A stretch of 64,000 bases of DNA, from NCBI RefSeq assembly GCF_009914755.1, contig NC_060939.1; one strand, written 5' to 3'. The translations under genes and the position numbers were made by a program. The notes beneath the pieces were generated by a model. That model was not told the DNA's origin. It was given only the letters and a program-made list of their open reading frames with translations, and ran no database searches. Every line of letters starts with the position of its first letter. The first letter of the stretch is position 1. This stretch comes from the human T2T-CHM13v2.0 reference genome, Homo sapiens. Shown piece by piece: positions 40,591 to 57,799 of this stretch.

Positions 40591-42574
40591 TCCTTTGGTG
40601 CATATGTCTGTTCTTATTTCTCTCTCTTTCTGTCTCTGTCTCTGTTTCTATCTCCAGAATTCTGATCATTTTAGTGTTGAACCTCTTTTAATTTTCTTCT
40701 GTGTTTCAACTTTTTTCTTTTAGCTCTATTTCTGGAGGACATAAGGGTCATCTACTCAACTTTGTCTTAGCATGCTAATGAGAATTTTTTAACAAGTTTC
40801 GCTGTCATGTTTTCAACTTGTAAGAGCTTTCTTATTCTTTAAATTGGGTTCTTGTTTCATGAAAATGGTAACTGCTTTTTATCTCTTTGAGAACACTCAT
40901 ATAGGTTTCTGAAGGTCTTATCTCCTAGTATAGTCCTTTCCATTCAGGCTGCTTTTATTTGTCTGCTTGCTCTGGTCTCTGCCATTCATGTTAGAAGCTT
41001 TGCTCAGATGCCTGGTGACCCTTAGCTGTCAGTTTCTGTTAAAAAAAAAAGAAATGGAGCACTGAAAAGCTAAAAGCTGATGGAAGCTCTCTGATTGTAA
41101 GCTTCCTTGGAAGGTGATCTTGCTGGGTCTGAGTTTTTCACTTGGGCTGGAGAGATTCTCTCCAGAGAAGAATCATCTTACCTTCTGATCAAGTGTCTGC
41201 CACCCTCATTGGAACCAAGTGGTAGGAAAACCTGGAGGATCTCAGTATTCAGTGTGTACATTTAAGCACTTGGTGTCTGGAGAGCTCCTGCCTAGAGACA
41301 CCATATTTTACCCTGTAGAGAGGAAACCTCCAGCCTGCTGCCACCGTGGGATGCAGTCACCCAGTCTAGGGAGAGGATCTGGGATCTACCTACTACTTAA
41401 ATAGCATTCAACCCTGTTTTCATGCTTACGTTTGCTTCTGCCTCCCGAGGTAAATTTTGCTGCCAACTCTTGAACTTTTGGGGATCCTGGTTGCCTTCCT
41501 ACTGCTTGCTTGGGGTTCAGCATCCCTGGGTCTGCTGTCAGGTGCCACTCAGATTCTGCTTTCCAGTTTCCTAAATGCTGAAGGTATTGTCCTTTCTTTT
41601 CTTCTTATCTTTATTGGTTTATTTATTTATTTCTAATAATCTCATGTTCATGTGGTTTAATGATGGAGTGAAGGTATACGCATTTATTCAACCAAACATC
41701 TTAGCTGAAGTCTATGAATTTATCTTAGAGTAAAATCTTAATCATTCCATGTTTCAATTAATCAGAATTTTATATATGCATTCTGATTTGGGGGTGATAT
41801 GGGGGAGGAGAGAGAGAGAGAGTGTGAGCCAGAGCGACCCAGAGAGAGGATTCTGTGACAAACAAATCTGTGGCTCTGTGTACTTGGAAGTCAATAGGAA
41901 TTTAGCCCTGTTTCCTGTCTAAAAAGCAGTGATGTCCAGAAAATGGATCCTGAACTAGTCTAAGAATCCTTGAGGCAATGGGGCAGATCCAATTGTGTTC
42001 AATTTTTAGTCTTTAGGCTGAAAGGGGAAATACTGTAAAGCACATTTTAAAAACACATTTCTGAAAGTGGCGTTTTCTGATTCGCTCTCAAATAATTGGA
42101 TATGGAAGGTAGCCATGCATCTTTGGCTAACTCAGCATTCGTTGCTATATTCAGTGAGTTCATCTCTATATTCATGTCCTTCCTCTCCAGCTTAATATTA
42201 AAAATTTAAAAGTGAGGAACGTAGAATAGTTGAAATAAAAGAAACAGATCACCCATAACCTGCCTCTTCTCCCTCCCACCCAAAGACAACCATTGTTAAC
42301 ATTTTGCTGTATTCTCTTCCTGTACTTTTTTTCCAGGCACCTTTATTCAAAGAAGTTTTTGTCCCTAAAATTCTTTTAGACAATGAATAAGTTGTCAGAG
42401 AAAAACTCCCACTCTCCACACACTCCAGACTCCCCAGCTTGAGGTGATTGACTTGGGAATCCCCTATCTTAACTTTATAGTGTTGATATGATGTCTTTTA
42501 TCTGGGTATTCTGAGGTGTTCTCTCCTTATCACACTCTCCTTCATTCCCTTCCTCCCTGCCCCCCCACCCCACA

Positions 42575-42670
42575 CACTCTCTCTCTCTCACACACACACA
42601 CACATACGCTCAGACACACATGCACATACACATGTACACACACACATATGCACACACACATATGCACAAA
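42575..42670 (+). repeat. (TC)n(CA)n compound microsatellite
   Basis: ctctctctctctcacacacacacacaca followed by degenerate CA/TA repeats. Confidence 0.9.
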
Positions 42671-42867
42671 CAAGCAATGGGTCAGAGAAGGCCATGTAGA
42701 AAACCATTATTACTCTCCAAAAGGAAGGACACCCACACTTTTACAATGGACAAAAAGCAGCTCCGTTTTTGTGAAAAATGAATTTTCTGTTAGGCCTGGA
42801 AAGAAACTAAAAAGTGTTTCTCTCTCTATCCAGTTGGAACTTGTGTGTGTGCACACGCCCGTGTGAC

Positions 42868-42935
42868 CGAAAGAGCGAGGGAGAGAGGGAGGGAGAGAAG
42901 AAGGGACGGAAGAAGGGAGAGAGAGAGAGAGATTA
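42868..42935 (+). repeat. GA-rich purine tract
   Basis: gaaagagcgagggagagagggagggagagaagaagggacggaagaagggagagagagagagag. Confidence 0.85.
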
Positions 42936-43388
42936 AAGGGCAAATGTACTGTGGCAAGCTCGTCCTGACTGAGCGAGGAGCAGGCAGCTGTGGTGCTGAG
43001 ATAGGAGCTTGGAATGCTCCATGGTGCCAAGACTGTCATAAACGGCTCCTGGGGTCTGAAAAAACGACAGCAGGATTCAGCGTTCCTCTGACAACCACTC
43101 AGAAAATAAAATGTGAAGAAGTAGGAGGAAGGGACGATGTGGGGACAGCCATCACAATGCTCCCTGCGACTCCATGGATGCCTAGAAATGCTGGTCACTT
43201 AAAGGGCACAGGTGAGGGGAGGTTGGACAGGTGGCAGTAGTGCTGCCAAGCCACATAGCCTGCTCTCCCAGTGGTGAATGTTCTTGCGTAAATAGTGGAG
43301 AAGATAGTCACCTAGTTTACATAGGCCTCCCTTGTCCTAGACATACATTTTAATTTTCTCAGGTGATCACTTGCTTGATTGTCTGTGT

Positions 43389-43723
43389 AAAAGATCAGCA
43401 ATGCTTTTTCTGTAAAGGTCTAGGTAGTAAATATTTTAGGCTTGGTGGCCCATATGGTCTGTGTCACAGCTACTCAACTCTGCTGTTGAGCTGTGAAAGC
43501 AGCCATATAAATACATAATAAAGGAGTGGGGCTGAGCTCCAAAGTAACTTTATGAGCACTGAAAAATTGCATTTTATATAATTTTTACATGTCCCCAAAT
43601 ATTATTATTCTTTTGACTTCTTTCAACCATGTAAAAATGTAAAAATCATTCTTGGCTCATGAGCTGTATAATAAGAGACCACAGGCTGGAACTGGTGCAT
43701 GGGCCACGGTTGCCCAAACCCTG
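43389..43723 (+). mobile_element. MER58B-like hAT-Charlie
   Basis: Same architecture as 18223-18540 (tctgtaaagg..tagtaaatattttaggctt..gctactcaactctgc..). Confidence 0.85.
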
Positions 43724-44400
43724 TGTCCAAACTACGGCATTGTAAAGGCAGAAGGGATCTCTGACCCTCTCTGTCTTTTTTCTCTTTCCTTCTCTTCAGT
43801 TTCCCATTGTGCTGATTTGGAAACCAGAATCAAAAGCTCAGGGAAGTGAAAGGTTTCCGACTTAACCCGTTAGTGGCAGTGTTAGGAAAAAAACTCAAGT
43901 CTCAAGGAGCACTTGTTACAGCCCAGACCAAGACTAAAGGCTGCTTTCGTGACTGCAGAGGGCATGCCATCCTGTGGTACACTAGCTTCTTAGGGTTACA
44001 CTGAATCTGAAACTTACTTCTTTTTAAACTCTTTCTGTTCTATGATTCTTCGGTGCATAATTTGTTAATTTTTGCCGGTTACTCTGCTTAACACTACTGG
44101 GATATAGCGATAAGCCACGTTCAACCCTGCCCTCTAGGAACTAATTTCTTCAGGGTCTGATTTTGATGATCCAGACAAATCTACTTATGTGTAGTTTTAC
44201 CCTTAAAAATAAAATCTAGTTCACTTATGTCAGTTATAATAATAATTAGAATTTGGAGGAAATCCATTCTTGCAGCAAGAAGGCAAAAGAGAGTAAAGAG
44301 TAAATGTCGAAGTCACCCTCTTACTGTGTGTTGGGGTTAAAACAAGACTATTATTTTAAATGAATACATAGAAATTTTGCTACCAAGCGAGTACAATTTC

Positions 44401-44591
44401 TTTTTTTTATTTTTTATTTTATTTTATTATTATTATACTTTAAGTTTTAGGGTACATGTGCACAATGTGCAGGTTAGTTACATATGTATACATGTGCCAT
44501 GCTGGTGTGCTGCACCCATTAACTCGCCATTTAGCATTAGGTATATCTCCTAAAGCTATCCCTCCCTCCTCCCCGCTCCTCACAACAGTCC
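44401..44591 (-). mobile_element. Young L1PA2/3-like 3' end fragment, no TSD
   Basis: ttatactttaagttttagggtacatgtgcacaatgtgcaggttagttacatatgtatacatgtgccatgctgg. Confidence 0.93.
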
Positions 44592-44859
44592 AGGAGATAC
44601 ATCGATTCCTCTGATTCCAGGCATTTCTGGAAGTGTCCTTACTACCTACATTACTTCCTTCTGTAAAGCTCTACTGGTCAAGTCTTTATCTTTTGTGGTT
44701 GGATTTCTGCTTTTGGAAATTACAACCTGCTTTTCAAGTCGCATTTTGTAAATTAGTTGAGGCGTCTTGCTGAGTGATAATGTTTGAGTCAAAAACTTCG
44801 TGAAAAGCACGTTATGAACTGGTGAGTTGTCATGGCAAAGATCCCAATTGTTGGACTGA

Positions 44860-45100
44860 GGCAGAGAGGTAGAAAGAACACAGACTTTAAGGTCTGACAG
44901 ATAGAAGTGTAGCTCCCACCTCCACCACATATTAGATATGTGATGTTAAAAGAGATATTATACCAATTTGAGCCTCAGTTTTCCTATCTGTAAAAAGAAG
45001 ATGTTAATCCTTTCCTTGCACTGTTGTTGTAAGGATTAGAGATGACATAAATAAAAATGTTTCCAGCGTGCTAGGTATTCAACATACATTGGATACACTT
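44860..45100. mobile_element. MIR
   Basis: tgagcctcagttttcctatctgtaaaa..gttgtaaggattagagatga. Confidence 0.8.
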
Positions 45101-45954
45101 ATGCCAGTTCACTGCAAAGGATAGTATACAGGAGTAAGAATTTTTTTTTTCAAAATAGACTTTTTTTGGGATTAACTCTGAAGCAGTGTTAAATAAGTGA
45201 ATCAAGATATTTTTCACTTCTGTTGAAGTATGTGCCTTCTTACGTTTGGTAATGTTGGAATTTTCCACCGAAGAAGTTGACACTTCACTTCTGAATCATA
45301 CGAGAAATAGCATGTTTCAGCATTAGTTACTATTTGCTTTTTTAAAAAGTGTCATTTGTCTAGCTTCCCTTGAAAGATCAGCTAAATGTCACATTATCCC
45401 TGCTTCTGCTAATCTTTCAAAATGCTCACCACAATAGTGATAACAATTTCTTCATGCTCAAGTTTATTTAAAACATGTTCTAAAGATAGTGTTACCGAAT
45501 TTGTATTTGTTTAATAAAAATCAGGTTTATTTTTTCCATATACAAATATAGATTCATTGTAAAACATCTAGAAAACTAAGAAAAGTAGATCTAAAAAAAA
45601 ATCTTGGTCTAATCACACAAAGCTAGCCACAGTTAAATTATTGTTTCCATTTTGGTATATTTTATTTTAATCTTCTTACTATTTTTACTATCCTTCCTTG
45701 TATCTATGATGGTGGTAACATGATGTATATATGAATGAGTGTATATTATATAAATATATGAAATATATAAATGTGTCTTTTTAAAATGGTACCTGTTTAT
45801 TGCTCATTTTATATATATAAACATGATGTATATATCTGATGATATATATATGTATATATATACTCCATGATAGAAGTTGAAAACTACTGAAAACTTTATA
45901 GAAGTTATGAGAAACAACCTATAAACTCATTATATAGAAATAACTTTCTTCCCC

Positions 45955-45990
45955 ATTGCTTCTCCACATTTTGGCTTAGATCAAATTTAG
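45955..45990 (+). pseudogene. 3'-truncated (tailless) U2 snRNA retropseudogene
   Basis: attgcttctccacattttggcttagatcaaatttag versus U2 5' end ATCGCTTCTCGGCCTTTTGGCTAAGATCAAGTGTAG (29/36, ungapped); flanked by tagaaataa(c/t)tttctt at 45935-45950 and 45988-46003. Confidence 0.85.
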
Positions 45991-46261
45991 AAATAATTTT
46001 CTTAACATCTTTTCCTATTGTATTTTTAGAGTATCAAGATATGGCTGCACATTCTTATTTTTATGTATAGTTGTCACAGGAACACCCACCAAAATAATTG
46101 TTCTGGAATAGAATTTGGTAACAAATATTTTCTTCCAGAAAGTGGTATGTTAGCTTTTTCCAGTGAAAAAGAGATCACCACTGATGATCAATATGGGTTT
46201 TAAAAGATAAATTCCTGGACATGAAAGTAGACATTGGGTTTATATCAACAGCTAGCTCAAT

Positions 46262-48254
46262 CTTTTTTTTCAATAGACTTTAGTTTTAGAGCAGTTTTAA
46301 GTTAATAGCAAAGTATAGTGGAAAGTACAGAGAGTTCCTACAGGCCCCACCTCCCCAAATGCACAGCCTTCCCCGCTATCAGCATTCTTCACGAGATAGG
46401 TATGTTTGTTACAATGAATAAACCAACATTGACATGTTGCTGTCACCCAAAGTCTGTAATTTACATTAGGGTCCATTCTTGCTGTTGTACATTCAATGGG
46501 TTTTGACAAGTGTGTAATGGCATAAGTCTACAATTATAGTAACACACAGAGTAGTGTCATTGCCCTAAACATCCTCTATGCTCTGCCTTTTCATGCCTCC
46601 CCACTTCCCAACCTCAGCAATCACTGAACGTTTTACTGTCTCTATTATTTTGCCTTTTCCAGAATGTCATATAGTTGGAGTCATATAGTAAGTGGTCTTT
46701 TCAAATTGGTTTCTTTCACTTAGTAATAGGTATTTCAGTTTCGTGTATGTCTTTTAATGGTTTCATAGCTCATTTTTTTTTCCTTTTTCTGCAACAAAAG
46801 CCACATTCAAAGCTCATTTGTTTTTATTACTGAATAACAGTCCATTGTGCAGATGTACCAGTTTGTTTATCCATGCACTTACTGAAGGACATCTTGGTTG
46901 CTTCCAAGTTTTGGCAATTATGAATAAAGCTGTTATAAACATGTATGTGCAGGTTTCTGTGTGTGGACACAAGTTTTCAATTCATTTGGGCAAATACTAA
47001 CAAGTGTGATTGCTGCATCATATGGTAAGAGCACGTTTAGCTTTGCAGGAAACTGCCAAACTGTCTTCCAAAGTGGCTGTGTCATTTTGCATTCCTACCA
47101 GCAATGAATGAGAGTTCCTGTTGCTCCACATCCTTGCCAGCAGTTGGCGTTGTCAGTGTGATGGATTTTGGCCATTCTAATATGTATGTATTGGTATCTC
47201 ATTTTAATTTGCATTTCCTTAATTATATATTAGGTGGAGCATCTTTTCATATGTTTATTTACCATCTTTGTCTCTTCTTTGGTGAAGTGTTTGTTCAGGT
47301 CTTTTGCCCATTTTTTAATCATGTTGTTCATTTTCTTATTGTTGAGTTCTTGGTATATTTTTGATAACAGTTCTTTATCAAATAGAAAGATATTGATAAA
47401 GGTTTTAATCTAATATCAAATAGAAAAATATTATCTTTTGCTATTATTTTTTTCCCAGTCTGTTGCTTGTCTTCTGATTCTCTTGGCAGTGTCTTTCATA
47501 GAGTAGAGGTTTTTAATTTTAATGAAGTCCAGCTTATCAAATCACATCTTTCATGGATTGTGCCTTTGATGTTGGATTTAAAGTCTTTGCCACACTTGTA
47601 GTCATCTAGATTTTGCTCTACTGTATCTTCCAGGAATTCTATGTATTTTCTGTTTGGATCTATGATCCAATTTGAGTTAATTTTTATAAAGGGCTTAAGT
47701 TTTGTATCTAGATTCACTTTTTTTTTTGCATGTGGATGCCCCATTGCTGCAGTATCATTTGCTGAAAAGACTATCTTTTCTTTATTGTATTTCCATTGCT
47801 CCTTTGTCAAAGTTCAGTTGAATGTATCTGTGTGGGGTATATTCCTGGGCTCTCTATTCCATTACATTGACCTATTTGTTTATTCTTTTACCAATACCAT
47901 GCTATCCTGATTATTGTTACTTTATAGAAACTGTTGAAGTCAGGTAGTGTCAGTCCTCTGACTTTCTTCTTCTTTTTCACTATTGTATTGATTATTCTGG
48001 CTCTTTTCTCTCTGCACATAAACTTTAGAATCAGTTTGTCAATATCCACAAAACAACTTGCTGAAGTTGTATTCAATTTACAGATCAAGTTGGGAAAAAC
48101 TGACATCTTGACAATATTGACTTTTCCTATTCATGAACATGGAACATCTCTCCATTTATTTAGTTCTTGTATTTATTTCATTAGAGTTTTGTAGTTTTAT
48201 TCATATAGATCTTGTGCATTTTAAAAGGATTTATACCTAAGTTTTTCATTTTTT
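46262..48254 (-). mobile_element. L1MC/L1MD-type old L1 (3' end and ORF2), resuming at 49740-50025
   Basis: aatagactttagttttagagcagtttt..gtacagagagttcc 3' end; antisense ORF2 remnants (..GLTLPDF..). Confidence 0.88.
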
Positions 48255-48397
48255 GCAATCTACCCATCTGACAAAGGTCTAGATACTAGTATCTAGAATC
48301 TACAAGAAACTTAAACAAACTTACAAGAAAAAAACAAACAACCCCATCAAAAAGTGGGTGAAGGATATGAACAGACAGTCAAAAGAAGACATTTATG

Positions 48398-48604
<207 letters not shown>

Positions 48605-48770
48605 TTATGCGGCCAACAAATGTGAAACAAAGCTAATCATCACTGATCATTAGAGAAATGCACATCAAAACCACAATGAGATACTATCTCATGCCAGTCA
48701 GAATGGTGATTATTAAAAAGTCAGGAAACAATAGATGCTGGTGAGGTTGTGGAGAAATAGAAATGCTTTT

Positions 48771-49037
48771 TTTAAAATAAAATTATACTTTAAGTTCTGG
48801 GATACATGTGCAGAACGTGCAGGTTTGTTACATAGGTATACATGTGCCATGGTGGTTTGCTGCACCCATCAACCTATCATCTACATTAGGTATTTCTCCT
48901 AATGCTATCCCTCCTGTAGTCTGCCCAGCACTCCCAGACAGACCCCAGTGTGTGATGTTACCCTCCCTGTGTCCATGTATTCTCATTGTTCAACTCCCAC
49001 TTATGAGTGAGAACATGTGGTGTTTGGTTTTCTGTTC
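48771..49037 (-). mobile_element. L1PA 3' end inserted antisense into the L1PA
   Basis: ttatactttaagttctgggatacatgtgcagaacgtgc..tttggttttctgttc; degenerate 16-bp TSD at 48755-48770 and 49039-49054. Confidence 0.93.
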
Positions 49038-50149
49038 AAAATAGGAACACTTTTACACTGTTTGTGGGAGTGTAAATTAGTTCAACCATTGTGGAAGACA
49101 GTGTGGTGATTCCTCAAGGATCTAGAACCAGAAATACCATTTGACCCAGCAATCCCATTGCTTGGTATATACCCAAAGGATTGTAAATCATTCTGTAGAA
49201 ACACATGCACATACATGTTTATTGCAGCACTATCTACAAGAGCAAAGACTTGGAACCAACCCAAATGCCTATCAATTATAGTCTGGATAAAGAAAATGTG
49301 GCACATATACACCATGGAATACTACGCAGCCATAAAAATGAATGAGATCATGTCCTTGCAGGGACATGGATGAAGCTGGAAGCCATCATTATCAGCAGAC
49401 TAACACAGGAACAGAAAACCAAACACTGCATGTTCTCACTCATAAGTGGGAGTTGAACAATGAGAACACATGGACACAGGGAAAGTAACATACACACCAT
49501 GGCCTGTAAGGGGTTGGGAGGGCGAGCATCAGGACAAATAGCTAATAAATGCGGGGCTTAGAACCTAGATGATGGGTTGGTAGGTAAAGCAAACCACCAT
49601 GGCACATGTATACCTATGTAACAAACTTGCACGTTCTGCACATGTATCGTGGAATTCAAAGTAAAAAAAAAAAAAACAAAAATAAAAAATAAAAAGAAGC
49701 AAAGAGAGGGAGGAAAAAAAACAAAAACAAACCAAGTAGGATTTACCTGTTGCATACCTGGGGTAAATCTTGTTTGGTTGTGGTGTCATACTCTTTTTAT
49801 ATATTGTATTTGATTCAATAATCTTTTGTTGAAAAATTTTGCATCTATTTCATGAGAGATATTGGTCTTTAGTTTTCTTTTTGTGTAATGTCTTTGTCTG
49901 GTTTTCATATTAGGATAATGCTGGCTGATTAGAATAAGTTAGGAAATATTTCTGCTTCTAACTTCTGGGAGAGATTGTAGAGACTTGGTATAATTTCTTC
50001 CTTATATGTTTGTGGAATTCACCAAGATGTTTGGAATAGTAATGCTTTCAGCACAATTTCCCAACCTCATGAATGGTTCTTCTATTTTTATCAGACATGC
50101 TTAAAAGAAGAGAGCCATGTATTCTTTATTGTTAGTTTTTGAAAATACA

Positions 50150-50220
50150 TTTTTGAAAGAGCAGTTTTAGGTAAAAAGTAAAATTGAGAGAAAGGTACAG
50201 AGATATCCCATATACCACCT
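50150..50220 (-). mobile_element. Second L1MC-type 3' end fragment
   Basis: agagcagttttaggtaaaaagtaaaattgagagaaaggtacagagatatcccatatacc resembles 46285-46345. Confidence 0.7.
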
Positions 50221-53200
50221 TCAGATTTTTTTCTTTCTTCCTATTTCTAAAAAATGAAAAAATAAAAGATGGTGTAGGTGTGATTCTTTTTATACTACTT
50301 TTGTCTGAATGACAATTAGCTCTCTTCATGTACATACTTAACAAATTAGGAAATTTTTCTTCAATTCCTTCAACGGAATTCTTGTCTCTATTTCAGTTGT
50401 TCTGATTATTACTTGAGGTTGTTCCTAAAATTGTTAAGTTGCAAATTTGTTCTTTGTCCCTTTCACTGCAATTAGTTAATCATTTTCAACAACATTGATT
50501 TCCTCTACATTTTAGGAGTTTCTCAAGTTTGTCCTCTAAACACAGATTCAGTTTTGCATAACATGTAATCAGTCTCCCTCATATGGTTATTATGCCACAA
50601 ACATAATACGATTGCAATGTTTTTTCTTGCAGTATTACCTATTTGCATTTTTACCAACTCCTTTGGTCTTCTTATGGCTTTCTGTTACTGTTTCATGAAG
50701 ATTCTCCTCTTGCAACATATTCATTTCTAAGGTGTCTTTTCTAGTTTTTCCCCTCCTCAGCGACATACTAGAATTACTAGTATAGTGGAATTGAAAATGA
50801 AATTCAAGTACTGCTCAGCATGAAAACATGTTGCCTATTTATTTTCCACAGCAGATCTAATCTTTGTCATGGAACACCACCTCATGGGTTGAAGGGGGTG
50901 TAGCAAACATAGATCTTTCTAATAAACAGCACCTCCATTTATTCCAGTGTGGATCACTTGCTCTCTTTGGGGGCAACACTCAGTCTTTTATATTCTCCCC
51001 CTGCCCTACATGTGTATCTTTGAGACTTTGGGGGACAGAAGACTGTGCATCTGTTTGTGCACTCTGGATCTGCAACGGTCTTTGCTGTAGAGAGGTGGGT
51101 GGGTCCGGTCTGGTTCAACCTGGATTGGTGTCCACTGGGGAATCACAGGCCTTGATTGACCCTTTCAGGGGTGGTGCTCTGCTGTCCACGACTGAAGTTC
51201 TGTTCACTAGTCTTTGGTTTTGATGTTGCAGTGCACAGGGCCCTCTTTGCGCTGACTGTGAAAGTTCTGCTTATTCATTAGCCTTGTTGGCACTTCCTTT
51301 TTCCTCCCTAGGTCACATGGGGGCTTCTGTTTCCCCTGCACTACTCTTGAGGAACATGACCTTGGTCTCATCCCTCTCAGTAGGTCTAATCTGTTTTTTA
51401 GTGACATGTCGCTCTGATGACTAGCTGAATGCGAGTCTTTCAAATGAAGACTTAGAATCTTCCAGTTTGTGACTGAGAAAGTGAGGAAAAAAGTCCCACA
51501 ATTCTGGAGTGCCCCAATTTATTTAGTTGTCACCATTACAGCCTCCTCTGGGATTTTATCCTAGCCAGGGGATGAGATCAAAGTATCTGCTAGTGTGCTT
51601 ACCCCATCTCTTCTCTCCTCAAATGCTCCATCTTTCTGTCCTAGACCTTCTTCACTTCCTCTCTAGGCAACCTGAATTTCTCTTAATTATGTGTTGAGTT
51701 CCCTAGTTTCCTCTTTCAGTAAAACTCTGAGTTTGAGCTAAAGGCTTGAACGAATGCAGATTTCATCCGTACTTTGCATTTAAATTGATTAGCAAAGAGC
51801 ATTTCTGTTTTGTTTTTTAACTTTAAAATTTCAAAATTCCTTTCACTCTTGATAAAGGTTTTTCAATAAAAGTCCAGTTTGTTCTAAATAATTTCTGGCT
51901 ACACTGATCCCAAGGGAATGAATGCTGTAGGTGAGAAGCAACATGGTAGCCAGATTTATGCCATTTAAAAACGCACCTGAAAATATTTATAAAGCATTCT
52001 CCTTATATGGTCCATTTCCAAGTGTATTTGGTCACTGGATATTTGTTGACATCCTTGGGGATGCCAATATTCTGCTGAAAACAGTTTGGAATTGATGCCT
52101 TTTTTTTTTTTTTTTTTTTTTAAAGGTTGAGAGTGTTGGTTATGAAACCAGTGGATAAGGTATGATGGCTCAGAGGGGAGACTGGCAGGATCCCTGGGGT
52201 TGGTGTGACTCATACATTGTAAGTTAAAAGTCTATTCAAGATCTTTAATAAGATCACTTACAAGTTCTTTTCTTTTCCTCAATGTATTCACACAGCACTT
52301 ATCACCCCAGTGACTCAAATATCTCAGGAGCATGTAGCTAGAACACAAAAGGAGCTGGAGGATGGGGGGAACACACTCCCCTAACTTCCTGACTTCTTCA
52401 AAGACAGTTTATTAGCCAGACTTTGGCTTGATTTCTCAGGCTTAACAATCATAAAATGAGTAATTATTTTTACAGCTCAGTTATTTTATCTCAGTGGTTA
52501 GGCTGGTAATAGTAAAAGCTATTGCTCAGCTGGTTAGGACATAACATGCAATTTGTCTAAAAGAGACATGGTGTTGATTTAATTCAGGCACCACATTTAT
52601 TGTACCTTCTCTAATAAGTGTTTGTTTCTTAATGGTAAGATACGTTCCTGTCTATCTCCAGCCTCTCTCCCATCTGTAGCTGCCCAGCTTCTCTTAGTGA
52701 TGGTTTCATCATCTACTTGATGTGGACAATTGGGTTGATAGTACGTGAACTTACCTTAAATCCTGTTTCTGACAAGTCTTCAAAATCTATTCCCTTAGCT
52801 TGCTTCAGAGCCTCAAAGAGGGCCTCCCAATTCCAGAATGCTATTCTTGCTCCTGGAGCTCTGTGGAATGATTGATTTGGCTGAAAGTAACATACAAATA
52901 TGACATGACAGTTCACTGACACTACATAAAAATGTATTTTTTTTTCAGGTATAAACTAAGTTTGGCATTAAATGGTCCACCCATATGGCAGCTTTGCCCC
53001 CAAGTCTTCAGAGATTCAGACTCTTCTAGCTCACCACTCTACCCTCCCTAGATATAACTTGCATTTTTTGGTCTTCAGCGGTTTCTTAATTTCAGGCTGC
53101 AGTAAGAAGGAAAGGAAAATAAGAAGATGGGGTCCGGTCCACATACCAGCTGTACTCTCAAGGAAGGATCCAAGATGCTGTCACATGGCTTCCCCAATAT

Positions 53201-53387
53201 CCCATTGGCCAGCAATTAGTCACATGGTCCCTAAGCTATAAGGAAGTCATGTGCCCAGGTAAAAATTCTCTTTTTATGGAAGAGGGGAGAAATGATTTTG
53301 GGGCGAATCCAGTAGCCCCTGCTGCAGCCAAGAAATTAGCTTTCCTGTGTGACTTACAATCTACTTTAAAACTAGCTCTAAAACAGT

Positions 53388-57048
<3,661 letters not shown>

Positions 57049-57799
57049 TAAAAACCATTTTTGATAAACGCAGCATCCCTAGGCAGGTTTCTGGCCTGTC
57101 TGGCTTGTAAAGTAATTATTTTCTTGGGTATCAGTTTTATTTGTTTCTTTGTTCTTAAAAGCTATATTAGCATTTAGAAAGTTACATTAATTTTGTTGTG
57201 TTCTCTTCTAAGCTGCCTATTTTATCATTTGACAAATGACATTATTCTGTGTAAGAAATATTCTAACACCAATCTTGGAAGCCTTTCACAAAATAATAGT
57301 AACCACTCTCCATTGGAAAGTGAACTGAAATATTTAGGTCTGAAATAATGCTCTTGGACCATGCTAGAGGCCAGAGCAAGCTAATAGACCTGGGGGGATT
57401 CAGGACAGGTATTTAGGTTGGTGGCTCTTGCTGCTCTCCCTCCACAGCTCTGCTACAATGCTCTCTCACAAATAGGAACCCAAGTGGACAAATAGGAACC
57501 CCAGTGTCCCACTCAGTGGACAAAGATCAAAATCAAAATCATACAGTAGGATTCATCCCCAAGCTCCTTTATTGCTTCTAAGCTGCTAATAGTAGGAAAA
57601 AGTTTGCTGGAGGCAAAAACTCCACTATTTATCTGCTGCTGCCATTTGGGTCTATTGTAGAGCCAGATCAGAATAAGTGGATTTTTCCTCACTTGATAAC
57701 ATTTTATTGAGCGCTCATCATGTGACAGACACTGTCCTGAAATTTCAAAAACAACAGTGAAGAAATGTACCAGTCATTTGACATTTTGATACTGACCCA

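Noticed and set aside
42710-43240. Overlapping 162-aa and 131-aa ORFs
   Set aside because: Kept open by CA and GA simple repeats; no recognisable domain
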